From NCBI GenBank assembly GCA_965207735.1, contig OZ242296.1, positions 2,496,001-2,560,000 on the forward strand: a stretch of DNA of 64,000 nucleotides, in the 5' to 3' direction. Positions 55,446-64,000 of this stretch are shown piece by piece. The notes beneath the pieces were generated by a model. That model saw only the letters and a program-made list of their open reading frames with translations, had not been told where the DNA came from and searched no databases. Made by a program: the position numbers and the translations under genes. Source of the DNA: Candidatus Versatilivorator sp. GTDB taxonomy: Bacteria > Acidobacteriota > Terriglobia > Versatilivoradales > Versatilivoraceae. The first letter of the stretch is position 1, and every line of letters begins with the position of its first letter.

Positions 55446-56714
55446 ATGAACCCACAGTCGAACTCCGCTCGTACCGGTCCTCTGCTCGGCATGAAAGTCC
55501 TGGAAGCCAGCCACGTCATGGCCGGTCCCACCTGTGGATTGATGCTGGCCGATATGGGAGCTGACGTTGTCAAGGTGGAGCGCCTCCCCGGAGGCGACGA
55601 CACCCGGCGAGCCGTCCCACCTGAAATCCAGGGAGAATCGGCTGCCTTCATGATGATGAACCGCAACAAGCGTGGCGTTGGACTCAATCTGAAGTCAGAG
55701 AGAGGGCGGGAAGTCTTCCGCCGCCTGGCCGGCAACAGCGACGTCGTTATCGAAAACTTCCGCAAGGGCGCGATGGAGTCCTTGGGTCTGGGCTATGACC
55801 GGCTGAAGTCGGATCATCCCGGACTCATCTACTGCTCCCTTTCGGGTTTCGGACAGACCGGGCCCTATGCCGACCGGGGAGGATTCGATCTGATTGCCCA
55901 GGGAATGAGTGGATTGATGAGCATTACCGGTGAAGGACCCGGCCGGGCTCCGGTAAAGGTGGGGGCGCCCATGACGGATATCACCGCCGGCATCCTGGCG
56001 GCCCTGGGCATCGTCGCGGCCTATGCTCACCGGCAGCGTACCGGAGAGGGACAACTGGTGGACACATCTCTACTGGAGGCAGGAATCGTTCACACCTACT
56101 GGCAGTCTGCAATCTACCTGGCGACGGGTGTCTCCCCGGCGGCAATGGGATCGGCCCATCCCCTGATGGCTCCCTACCAATCCTTTGAAACCCGGGACGG
56201 CTGGGTCAACATCGGCGCCGCAAACCAGGCCAACTGGGAGCGGTTGCTGGAGGTTCTCGGCGCTTCCGAACTGGAACGCGATCCGCGATTCGCCGACAAT
56301 GCCGGACGCATGAATCACCTGGCCGCGCTGGTCGAGCAGTTGACTCCCTACTTTCGTTCCCACACCACCGCGTCATGGCTGGAAAAGTTTCAGACGGCGG
56401 GAATTCCGGCCGGACCGGTGCTCTCCATCGCAGCCATGCATGCCGACCCGCAAGTGCAAGCGCGCCGGATGGTGACCGAGGTTCCGCACAGCCGGTTGGG
56501 TCAGGTAAAGACCTTGGGGGCGCCGGTCAAGTTTTCGGCGACGCCGACTTCGTTGACCCGAGGAGCGCCCCTGCTGGGAGAGCACACCCGGGAGGTGCTG
56601 CGCGAAGTGGGTTACAGCCAAGGGGAGACCGAAGCCCTCGAAGCCGAAGGCGCCATTCTGAGCACAGAGATCCAACATCATGGTCAAACGAAAATTCGGC
56701 TGGACCAACGTTGA
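55446..56714 (+). CDS. CoA transferase family III (CaiB/BaiF)
   Basis: AGPTCGLMLADMGADVVKVE, NRNKR, ENFRKG, GFGQTGPY and APLLGEHT motifs. Confidence 0.93.
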   Translation: MNPQSNSARTGPLLGMKVLEASHVMAGPTCGLMLADMGADVVKVERLPGGDDTRRAVPPEIQGESAAFMMMNRNKRGVGLNLKSERGREVFRRLAGNSDVVIENFRKGAMESLGLGYDRLKSDHPGLIYCSLSGFGQTGPYADRGGFDLIAQGMSGLMSITGEGPGRAPVKVGAPMTDITAGILAALGIVAAYAHRQRTGEGQLVDTSLLEAGIVHTYWQSAIYLATGVSPAAMGSAHPLMAPYQSFETRDGWVNIGAANQANWERLLEVLGASELERDPRFADNAGRMNHLAALVEQLTPYFRSHTTASWLEKFQTAGIPAGPVLSIAAMHADPQVQARRMVTEVPHSRLGQVKTLGAPVKFSATPTSLTRGAPLLGEHTREVLREVGYSQGETEALEAEGAILSTEIQHHGQTKIRLDQR

Positions 56715-57531
56715 GGTTCCGACTATCGGCCAGGGGACCTGGATGATTGAGGGCAGCCAGGCCCAGGAGCAGCGGGCTGTGGCGGCCCTGCGGCTGGGGC
56801 TCGACCTGGGACTGACTCACATCGATACCGCCGAGATGTATGGCAACGGCCGGGCCGAGGAGTTGACCGCGGAAGCCATCCGGGCCAGAAGGAGCGAAGT
56901 CTTTCTGGTGAGCAAGGTGCTTCCCTACAATGCCTCCTACGACGGGACTTTGAGGGCCTGCGAGCGAAGCCTGAATCGACTTGGAACGGACACTCTGGAT
57001 CTCTACCTGCTGCACTGGAGCGGCCGCCACCCGATCCGGGAAACCATGAGAGCCATGGAAACCCTGGTCCAACGGGGTTGTATCCGATTTATCGGAGTCA
57101 GCAACCTGGACTTGGATGAATTGAAAGAGGCCCAGCGAGCCCTTCGCCATGAACGGCTGGCCTGCAACCAGGTTCTCTACCACCTCGGGGACCGGGGCAT
57201 CGAGTACCGGCTTCTCCCCTACTGCGCCGAGCAACAGATCGCCGTGGTGGCTTACAGTCCCTTCGGCCATTCCGGCTTCCCCTCGCCGGGCGGCAGGGGC
57301 GGAGAGGTTTTGGCCGCCATTGCCCGAAACCACGGGCGAACGGCCCGGCAGGTGGTGCTGAATTTTCTTGTCCGCCGTCCGGGAGTGTTCACCATTCCCA
57401 AAGCAAGCCGGAAGGAACATGTGCTCGAGAACAGTCAATCACTGGAGTGGGAACTCTCCGGCGAGGACCTGAACGCCATCGAGGAAGCCTTTCCCGCGCC
57501 CGACCACGAGGTTCCGCTCGGCATGCTCTGA
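56680..57531 (+). CDS. Aldo/keto reductase
   Basis: IGQGTW, IDTAEMYG, VSKV, DLYLLHW, IGVSN, AYSPFG and TIPK motifs. Confidence 0.93.
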   Translation: MVKRKFGWTNVEVPTIGQGTWMIEGSQAQEQRAVAALRLGLDLGLTHIDTAEMYGNGRAEELTAEAIRARRSEVFLVSKVLPYNASYDGTLRACERSLNRLGTDTLDLYLLHWSGRHPIRETMRAMETLVQRGCIRFIGVSNLDLDELKEAQRALRHERLACNQVLYHLGDRGIEYRLLPYCAEQQIAVVAYSPFGHSGFPSPGGRGGEVLAAIARNHGRTARQVVLNFLVRRPGVFTIPKASRKEHVLENSQSLEWELSGEDLNAIEEAFPAPDHEVPLGML

Positions 57532-57557
57532 CCCCATCGGGTGGCAGTTCGCATTTC

Positions 57558-58331
57558 TCAGCCGAGCACCTCCCTGAAAGCGGACAGTGATTCGGACAGC
57601 ATCCTGCGCTTCAGGTTGACATCCACCCCCACAAAGAAGAGGCGGACCCCCAGCCCTCGATACTGCTGAGCCTGTTGGGGATTCCCTCCGCCCGCCGCCA
57701 GGATTTTTCCACTGCGGCGGCCTGCGGTCAGGACCCGTTCGATCTTGGGAGCCAGAGCCCGTTTGGCCTCCGGGCCGAATAGGTCCAGGCTCACTGACCA
57801 ATCCATTTCTCCCACGGTCAGCATGTCGATCCCTTCAACCTCGAGAATGTCATCCAGGGCCTGGTAGCCTTCATCGCTTTCGATCATCACCATCAGGGAA
57901 GTCCCCCGGTCGGCCTCGCGGAGAGCTCGGCGGGGATCGGTTCCAAGAGTGAAGCCGGTGCCGGCCGAGGAAGTCGACACCCCTCGCTCCCCCAGCGGGG
58001 GAAACTTGCCCAGCCGCACCAGCCGGGCGGCCTGGGCGGCGCTCCTGACATCGGGCAAGGTCAGGATTTCCATACCTCCATCCAGAAGACGCTGTACCTG
58101 CGTCCGCGTCAGCTCGGGAATGCGGGCCATTGGCACCATGCCCAGATGAGTAATCGTGCGGCCGAGCCTGAGCACCTCCGCCGTCGATTGCGGGCCGTGC
58201 TCAAGGTCGAGAAAGACCACCGAGTAGCCCAGCTGGGCCATCAGCTCCAGGTCGATCATGGTGGTATCGCGGCAGATGACCCCGTAGAGAATTTCCTCTG
58301 TTTTCAGCAACTCTTGCAGGCGGCCGCTCAT
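57558..58331 (-). CDS. HpcH/HpaI aldolase family protein
   Basis: FLDLEHG, LDGG, FPPLGERG, VMIES and GIDML motifs. Confidence 0.9.
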   Translation of the reverse strand: MSGRLQELLKTEEILYGVICRDTTMIDLELMAQLGYSVVFLDLEHGPQSTAEVLRLGRTITHLGMVPMARIPELTRTQVQRLLDGGMEILTLPDVRSAAQAARLVRLGKFPPLGERGVSTSSAGTGFTLGTDPRRALREADRGTSLMVMIESDEGYQALDDILEVEGIDMLTVGEMDWSVSLDLFGPEAKRALAPKIERVLTAGRRSGKILAAGGGNPQQAQQYRGLGVRLFFVGVDVNLKRRMLSESLSAFREVLG

Positions 58332-58559
58332 TGATTCCTTCCTTTCTTTATTTGTTCAAGGAATTTACTCCTGAGACAGGACACTATACACAACAGCCGG
58401 AGGTGATCCTTGCAATCCCACGGGGGGCTGGCGTAAAGTCCAATCCGCCGCGTTACTCACCCAGCTATCCGACCGCGCCGATCGACCGGCCCCGACGACC
58501 GCGGAAACGGGACGGGAGGAGCGGCTCGATCGCCTTGGTCAGCACCGAAAGGAGCCAGA

Positions 58560-59342
58560 ATGTTTCAACTCTCCGTCTGCGAGGGCACTGTCTTCCCGAA
58601 TCTCCCCTTTCTGCAGCGGGTCCGTGAAGTCTCGGCTGCGGGCTTCTCGGTGGAACTCTGGGGCTGGGAAGATGAGGCGCTGGACGCCATCGCGGCCGAT
58701 CCGGAGATTCAAATCGCTTCCATGCCCGGATGGGGGCCGGGCAGCATGGTTCACCCCGACGGGGTGGAGACCTTCTTGGAAGGCGCCAGGAAAAACCTGT
58801 CGGTGGCCCGGAGAATCGGATGCAGGAACCTGGCCGTTGCTTCCGGCGAACTTGACCGAAAGGGCCGGGTGGTGCACCCCATTGCCGAGCATCCCGCCGA
58901 CCTTTGGATCACCGCCTACCGATGCCTCTGCGAGCTGGCGGAAATCGCCGAAAAGGAGAATGTGTCCTATAACTTCGAAGTGCTCAATACCAAGGTCGAC
59001 CACGCCGGCTACCCCTTCCCCCATTTGGAAGACGGGGCTCGACTGATCCGGCAGGTCAACAGCCCGCGGGTTCGGCTTCTCGTCGATGTTTACCATGCTC
59101 AAGTGGAGGAAGGCAACGTCACACAAGCGATTCGAGACCATCGGCAGATCATCGGACACGTGCATGTGGCGGATGTCCCCGGGCGCCACGAGCCGGGCAC
59201 GGGGGAAATTCATTACCCCCGGGTGGCTGCCGCCCTTCGGGAGATCGCCTATAGCGGCACGGTGGGACTGGAAGCCTTTCCGGAGGGCGACAGCCATCTG
59301 GCCTTGGAGCGATTTCGCCGAGTCTTTTCTCAACTTGCCTGA
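58560..59342 (+). CDS. Hydroxypyruvate isomerase-like TIM barrel protein
   Basis: AGFSVELW, FEVLNTKVDHAGY, DVYHAQVEEGN, HVHVADVPGRHEPGTGEI and GLE motifs. Confidence 0.88.
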   Translation: MFQLSVCEGTVFPNLPFLQRVREVSAAGFSVELWGWEDEALDAIAADPEIQIASMPGWGPGSMVHPDGVETFLEGARKNLSVARRIGCRNLAVASGELDRKGRVVHPIAEHPADLWITAYRCLCELAEIAEKENVSYNFEVLNTKVDHAGYPFPHLEDGARLIRQVNSPRVRLLVDVYHAQVEEGNVTQAIRDHRQIIGHVHVADVPGRHEPGTGEIHYPRVAAALREIAYSGTVGLEAFPEGDSHLALERFRRVFSQLA

Positions 59343-59503
59343 AACAAACGACAAAAGACAAAGAAAAAGACTTATCCACGAAGGGGCACTAAGGCGCTGA
59401 GGTTGACCGCGACGGGGTGCCAAGGTCGCGAAGGGATGGTCGATTTCAGATTGTTTCACTCTCGTATGATCCGCCCGGCAGGGCGGGGGCAGGGCTTGCC
59501 TGA
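59334..59503. repeat. Third copy of the dispersed repeat unit, flanked by CTTGCCTGA direct repeats
   Basis: CTTGCCTGA at 59334-59342 and 59495-59503. Body matches 44591-44766 with one internal sub-repeat missing. Confidence 0.88.
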
Positions 59504-60195
59504 TAGCCAGAGGGCTCCAGCACCACCAGGCTAGGCCGATCGGTGGAGAAACGGGGGGGCGGCAGCGGGACGGTGTGGTGTCGCACATGGACCAGGGGGT
59601 CTCGCGGGCGCCTTTTCAGAAAGACTTCCACCGGTGTCATACCTCCGTCAATGGGAGGGAGGTAGTAGTGCATGGGGAGAATCCACTTGGGCTGGAGGAT
59701 CTCGATCATCGGATCCAGCTCATCCAGAGTGAGGGTGAGCTTCTCACCGACGATGGCCAACAGGACATCGCAGCGACCGGCAAAGGGAGCCAACTGTCCC
59801 TCGCTGAGCTCATACCCCAGATCTCCCATGTGCAGGATCCACAGGTCTCCGGCCTTGAAGGCATACAAGGCATTGTCATCGGCGCCTTCCGGATGGTCCG
59901 GAGCTTCGGCCGCCTTGACGGTCACAATCGGCTCCCCATTCATCTCAGCCCGACCCCGGCCCTCGGCCAGGTCCAGGGCGTTGATCACCGGAGGATTCCC
60001 TTCGACCATCTGAATGCAGGCATGACCTCGGTCGGTGAGAGAACTGACGATCACCTGGTCAGCCTGCAGGAACGGGACATCCGGACCTCCCAGCCCCACG
60101 GCGGAAGGAGTATAGGGATCCATCACCAGCACCGGTCGATTGTCCCGCCACAGCCTGAAACAGGCCAGTCCTACCCACTCGATCGCCAGCGACAT
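59446..60195 (-). CDS. MBL-fold metallo-hydrolase-like protein (degenerate metal motif)
   Basis: IEWVGLACF, VMDPY, SSLTDRGH in place of HxHxDH, LHMGDLG, LQPKWILPMHY. Confidence 0.8.
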   Translation of the reverse strand: MSLAIEWVGLACFRLWRDNRPVLVMDPYTPSAVGLGGPDVPFLQADQVIVSSLTDRGHACIQMVEGNPPVINALDLAEGRGRAEMNGEPIVTVKAAEAPDHPEGADDNALYAFKAGDLWILHMGDLGYELSEGQLAPFAGRCDVLLAIVGEKLTLTLDELDPMIEILQPKWILPMHYYLPPIDGGMTPVEVFLKRRPRDPLVHVRHHTVPLPPPRFSTDRPSLVVLEPSGYQASPAPALPGGSYESETI

Positions 60196-60197
60196 CC

Positions 60198-61205
60198 TCA
60201 GTCCTCTTTCCACAGGCTGCCGGCATCGCTCATCCCGGCCAGTTCCCACCACTTCGGGCCCGGTTCCTTCTCGAACACGATGGGCTTGAGGAAGTCGACC
60301 GATTTCTTCAGCCCCTCCTCGACGTTGAGGTACTCACACTCCATCTCGATCGACAGGACGTGGTCGTAACCCACAAACTGCAGCGCGGTCACAAATTCCT
60401 TCCAGGCAGACTCCCCGTGCCCCCAACCCGGAATGGTGAAGTTCCAGGGGCGCTGCTCGGGGGTCTCTACCGAGGCGGAGTCGTTGAAGCCCCTCAGCCG
60501 GACATTGTGCGCCTGAATATGAGTATCCTTGGCATGCACATGCTGAACCAGGTCTCCCAGATAGCGGACCGCTTCGCAGGGATCGATGCTCTGAAACCAC
60601 ATGTGGGAAATATCGAAGTTGCAGGCCACCACCGGTCCGATTTCCTGGTTGAGCCTCTTGAGGGTCACCGGGTTGTGAATCAGGTCTCCGCCATGCATCT
60701 CAAAGCAGAGGGTCACCCCGTGATCGCCGGCAATCTTTCCATGCTCCCGCCAATAGGGAATCAAGCGTTTCTCCCACTGCCACTCCACCGTGTCCCGCAG
60801 AAAGGGGAGATCGGCAAAAGTAACCCACACCGGCGTTCGGTCTCCTTCCGCACCTTCGGGAAGCCCCGAAAGCAGCGTCATCCGGCGGATCCCCGCCCAC
60901 TCCATGAGCTGGCAGGTCTGCCGGAACTGCCGGGAATACTCTTGAGCAATCGCCTTGTCGGGCATTAGGGGGGCCCCGTGTCCGATCAGGGCGCTGATCT
61001 CGAGTTGGTTGCGTTCAAAGGCCTCAAGCCAACGGGGGATTTCATCCCGATGGGCTACCAGACGTTCCCGATCGCAGAATTTCCGGTTGCTGGCCAAGCC
61101 GCAGGCGCCGACCTCGATGGCGCCCAATCCGAGCTCGCGGGCATAACGCAACCCCTCCTCGAACTCATACTGCATCAGATTCGATGAAATGACCCCAAGC
61201 TTCAT
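60198..61205 (-). CDS. Sugar phosphate isomerase/epimerase (AP_endonuc_2 TIM barrel)
   Basis: WQWEKRLIPYW, FEMH, NFDISH, HVHAKD and GYDHVLSIE motifs. Confidence 0.9.
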   Translation of the reverse strand: MKLGVISSNLMQYEFEEGLRYARELGLGAIEVGACGLASNRKFCDRERLVAHRDEIPRWLEAFERNQLEISALIGHGAPLMPDKAIAQEYSRQFRQTCQLMEWAGIRRMTLLSGLPEGAEGDRTPVWVTFADLPFLRDTVEWQWEKRLIPYWREHGKIAGDHGVTLCFEMHGGDLIHNPVTLKRLNQEIGPVVACNFDISHMWFQSIDPCEAVRYLGDLVQHVHAKDTHIQAHNVRLRGFNDSASVETPEQRPWNFTIPGWGHGESAWKEFVTALQFVGYDHVLSIEMECEYLNVEEGLKKSVDFLKPIVFEKEPGPKWWELAGMSDAGSLWKED

Positions 61206-61220
61206 AGCGTTTCCTCCACC

Positions 61221-62750
61221 TTAGGGAACGGGTTCTTCACGGCTCCCGGCGGTCTCATCGGGAAGCGCCGCACGATCCACAAACCGCAGCAGTCTGGCCA
61301 TCACGAAACAGAGAGCCAAAAATATAGCCAGCACCAGGTAGCCCCGAAACTGATCGTAGTCCCAAAGGGCCTTGAGTCCGAAGCTGGTCAGGGCTATGGC
61401 GGAGGCGATGTTGAGGCCCACCAGCCAGCTTCCCATTCGCAAGGGCAGAGGCAGAAAGCGCCGGTCCACCCACAGATTGGCCAGGGCATAGAAGCCGCAG
61501 GAGAGCACGCCGGTGTAGATGCCGGCCGGCGTCACGATATCCAACAGGCGAACCTCGGGATAGAACCGGCTCCACCAAAGTATCAGCACGCCGCCCCCCA
61601 GGGCCCAGAGGATCCAGCCGGTTCTCAGACCCCGCAGCGGCAGTCTGTTCCGGAAGCGTGGCATGGACTTCAAGTATTCGAACAGGACCCGATAGGTGAG
61701 TTCCGGCCCCCCGTACAGGATCCCAAAGAAAGCCAGGAAAACGGCCAGATGATAGAGGGGCAGCAGCCAGGGATGGAGGGTGGTGAGGAAGGCCGCCTGG
61801 TAGGTCAACATCCGGAGGCCTTCCGGCACCTGCTGGTCCGGTTGCAAAATGATCGTCCCGAGAATGGCGAAACAGGCCCCGATAAAAACGACCATGAAGA
61901 AGCTGGCGCTGGTATCGACCAGAGCCGCCCTGAGCCACAGCCGCGCCGGGTGATCCTTGCGTGCCGCTATCCCTTCCAGTTGCTCCGGCGTTGCCGTCTT
62001 GAGATGACTCCGGCCCCACTTCTTCTCCCGCAGGAACGAAAGATATCCCAGATAGTCGTAACTCTGCCCGCCGATGGCGGAGGAATAGACCACCACCTCC
62101 ACCCAGACCGAGCGATCTTTCATCTGAGGCATCAATGAGTACAACCAATCGGGGTAGCTGAGAGTTTGGGGAAAGAACCCTTGAAGCACCTGCCACCACG
62201 GAGGAGCCACGTAGAACACGGCGATAACGATACAAAACACCATCAGTCCCAGAATGATCGTTTGGGCCTTCTCCAGAAATTCATAGCCGCCGAGCGACAA
62301 GAGGGCCATGGCCCCCAAAACCGAGAGGGTTGCCCACAGGTACTGGTCCCCGACGCCGGCGATGGCAGCGCAGATCTGCCCCGTCAGTCCGGTCAGAAAC
62401 GAAAACCAAAGCGGCGTGGCCAAGACGACGATCACTATCAGAAATAGAGGGAACCAGCCGCTGGGCCCGGGGATCTTTCGCCATCGCTCCAAGGGATGCC
62501 CCCCGCTCAGAATCATGTGGCGAATGCTGGTGTAGACGAAGATCCATTTCAGGAATGCCACGAACAGGATGACCCACAGGATGCTGAATCCGAAAATGGC
62601 TCCCCCTCGCGAGGGAAACAGGATTTCTCCGCTGCCCACGGTCACCGAAGCCAGGATGGCCCCGGGCCCGAAGAATCGAATCCATTGCAGGGGATTGGTT
62701 GAGATTAGCGCTCGCGGCGGCGCCGGAAGCTGCGGCTCGGTATCGTTCAT
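61221..62750 (-). CDS. Nramp-like (APC superfamily) transporter
   Basis: FGPGAILASVTVGSGE, GAIFGFSILW. About 11 hydrophobic segments. Lacks the canonical DPGN motif. Confidence 0.82.
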   Translation of the reverse strand: MNDTEPQLPAPPRALISTNPLQWIRFFGPGAILASVTVGSGEILFPSRGGAIFGFSILWVILFVAFLKWIFVYTSIRHMILSGGHPLERWRKIPGPSGWFPLFLIVIVVLATPLWFSFLTGLTGQICAAIAGVGDQYLWATLSVLGAMALLSLGGYEFLEKAQTIILGLMVFCIVIAVFYVAPPWWQVLQGFFPQTLSYPDWLYSLMPQMKDRSVWVEVVVYSSAIGGQSYDYLGYLSFLREKKWGRSHLKTATPEQLEGIAARKDHPARLWLRAALVDTSASFFMVVFIGACFAILGTIILQPDQQVPEGLRMLTYQAAFLTTLHPWLLPLYHLAVFLAFFGILYGGPELTYRVLFEYLKSMPRFRNRLPLRGLRTGWILWALGGGVLILWWSRFYPEVRLLDIVTPAGIYTGVLSCGFYALANLWVDRRFLPLPLRMGSWLVGLNIASAIALTSFGLKALWDYDQFRGYLVLAIFLALCFVMARLLRFVDRAALPDETAGSREEPVP

Positions 62751-63757
62751 TGGAATCGAACCCTGGCCAGGTAGATGCTGGTCTTGCCTTCGTGTGAGGA
62801 GTAGTAGCTGATCCACAGCAGATCGTCATGCCACACCATTCCCGGGTAGCTGGTGTCCCCACCGCCGCTGGGCAGGGTCAACTCCGGTTCGAAGCTTTCC
62901 GGGGTCATCCTGGACAGGACCGTCTTGCCGTTCAGCCGGCTCCCGGCCCACAAGCTCCCGTCCGGAATTCGAACAAAATTGGGTCCGCCGATGTTGTGCT
63001 CTATCTTGCGGAACTGCCATTTCTTGTAGGGTGGTCGGCTCCTGCCCAGGTAGTGCGGCCGAATCAAGGCGATCATCTCACCGTCCGGCATGACCCGCAG
63101 AGTCGTCTCGCTGACTCCCTTGAGCTTGAATTCGGTCAACCAATGCCAATTCAGGCCGTCGCGAGTCCAGTACAGGAAACCGCGGCGGGGATTGGGAGAT
63201 TCACCCATCTTGGAAAGGCTGTAGGCTTTGCCCTCGTGCCAGGTAGCCCTCCACAACCAATGGTCCTCGGCCAGTAGTCTGCGAGTCGGTGTCCAGCGGC
63301 GGCCGTCCTCGGAAAAGGCGACTCGCGGCGCCCGAGTCACGTAGCCCCACTGCTCCTCTTTGCGGGGATCATCGACACACCCGCCGGCCAGCAACATCAA
63401 GCGGCCGTCTTCCATGACCGAAAGCTTGGGATCGCGCAGGTCCACTCCCTTTTCGCTCAGCAGGGCTGCCGATTCCCAACCCTCCCCGTCCCGGGAAACG
63501 ATAATGCGGACCTGTCCGGGCCTGCCCGACTTCCCTTCCGGCATCACCTCCCGGGTCGGCCGGCTTCCGTGGTAGTCGGCTTCACGAAAGGTGCAAAGCC
63601 ATCGATCACCGAAACGAATCAAGTCGGTGAAGCCGTTGTGGGGCGCCCGATCCCAAATTTTTTTCACCGAGACGAGTTCCGGCTCAGCTCCCGTCAAAGG
63701 CAGGCAGGATCCTGCCAGCAGTCCAGCCACCGACATCAGTCTGATTGCGGATTTCAT
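62747..63757 (-). CDS. Secreted sialidase-like/BNR beta-propeller protein
   Basis: Signal peptide. HNGFTDL, CTFRE, SRDGEGW, DLRDPKL, SEDGRRW, GDTSYPG, ISYYSSHEGKTSIY. Confidence 0.82.
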   Translation of the reverse strand: MKSAIRLMSVAGLLAGSCLPLTGAEPELVSVKKIWDRAPHNGFTDLIRFGDRWLCTFREADYHGSRPTREVMPEGKSGRPGQVRIIVSRDGEGWESAALLSEKGVDLRDPKLSVMEDGRLMLLAGGCVDDPRKEEQWGYVTRAPRVAFSEDGRRWTPTRRLLAEDHWLWRATWHEGKAYSLSKMGESPNPRRGFLYWTRDGLNWHWLTEFKLKGVSETTLRVMPDGEMIALIRPHYLGRSRPPYKKWQFRKIEHNIGGPNFVRIPDGSLWAGSRLNGKTVLSRMTPESFEPELTLPSGGGDTSYPGMVWHDDLLWISYYSSHEGKTSIYLARVRFQ

Positions 63758-64000
63758 CGTCTTCCCCCGTTGCATGACCCAGCGCAGACCCACCCGCCAG
63801 CTCAGGCATTCTATGTCTGCCGGCAGTGTTCTTTCAATCACTGTATCTGGAAAATCCGAGCCAAGATCATTAGGATGTCTTCAGAGTACTGACGGCCCAC
63901 GGCGACGGTTCGTTTCTGGCGGCGCCGGCGGGAGTAGGAAGCGAGCCACAACAGCCTGGTGGCGAACAGAAACTCCCTGGCCCGCCTTACACGAGAAGCC

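Noticed and set aside
57550-57560. CGCATTTCTCA as a third MITE end or intron site
   Set aside because: Only 11 bp match, with no CTAG and no downstream MITE similarity. It may be chance.

Overview
GC-rich bacterial window. Acidobacteriota-like by inference: PVC/Acidobacteria-type DUF1501/DUF1549/DUF1553 module, BON/M48/Spy genes and many Tat-signal proteins. No rRNA, tRNA or CRISPR array was recognised. 1-8.3 kb is a decayed accessory island: P4-like tyrosine integrase with a duplicated 3' end, candidate att/arm sites and an oriT-like hairpin, a complete IS5/IS1182-like element and its MITE, a low-GC trypsin-FN3 protease, and GxxExxY-derived repeat remnants. 8.6-27.8 kb is an unusual Tat-exported catabolic cluster: one Gfo/Idh/MocA oxidoreductase, five GHL10-like TIM-barrel paralogs, two enolase-superfamily enzymes, and an active/pseudo-enzyme pair of extended SDRs. 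It is interrupted by a nested mobile stack in which IS1182 and a MITE share a CTAG site, and an ORF-less group II intron sits inside the MITE terminal repeat with an EBS1 matching that repeat. 31.6-42.7 kb holds two DUF1501 genes plus DUF1549/1553, PPC and cytochrome c-WD40 genes. 46.9-54.5 kb is a Cpx-like envelope stress locus with three conserved GTAAA-repeat boxes. 54.6-63.8 kb holds CoA-transferase/crotonase genes and sugar catabolic genes. Several dispersed palindromic repeat families occupy intergenic regions. All family assignments come from visual motif recognition, not database searches.
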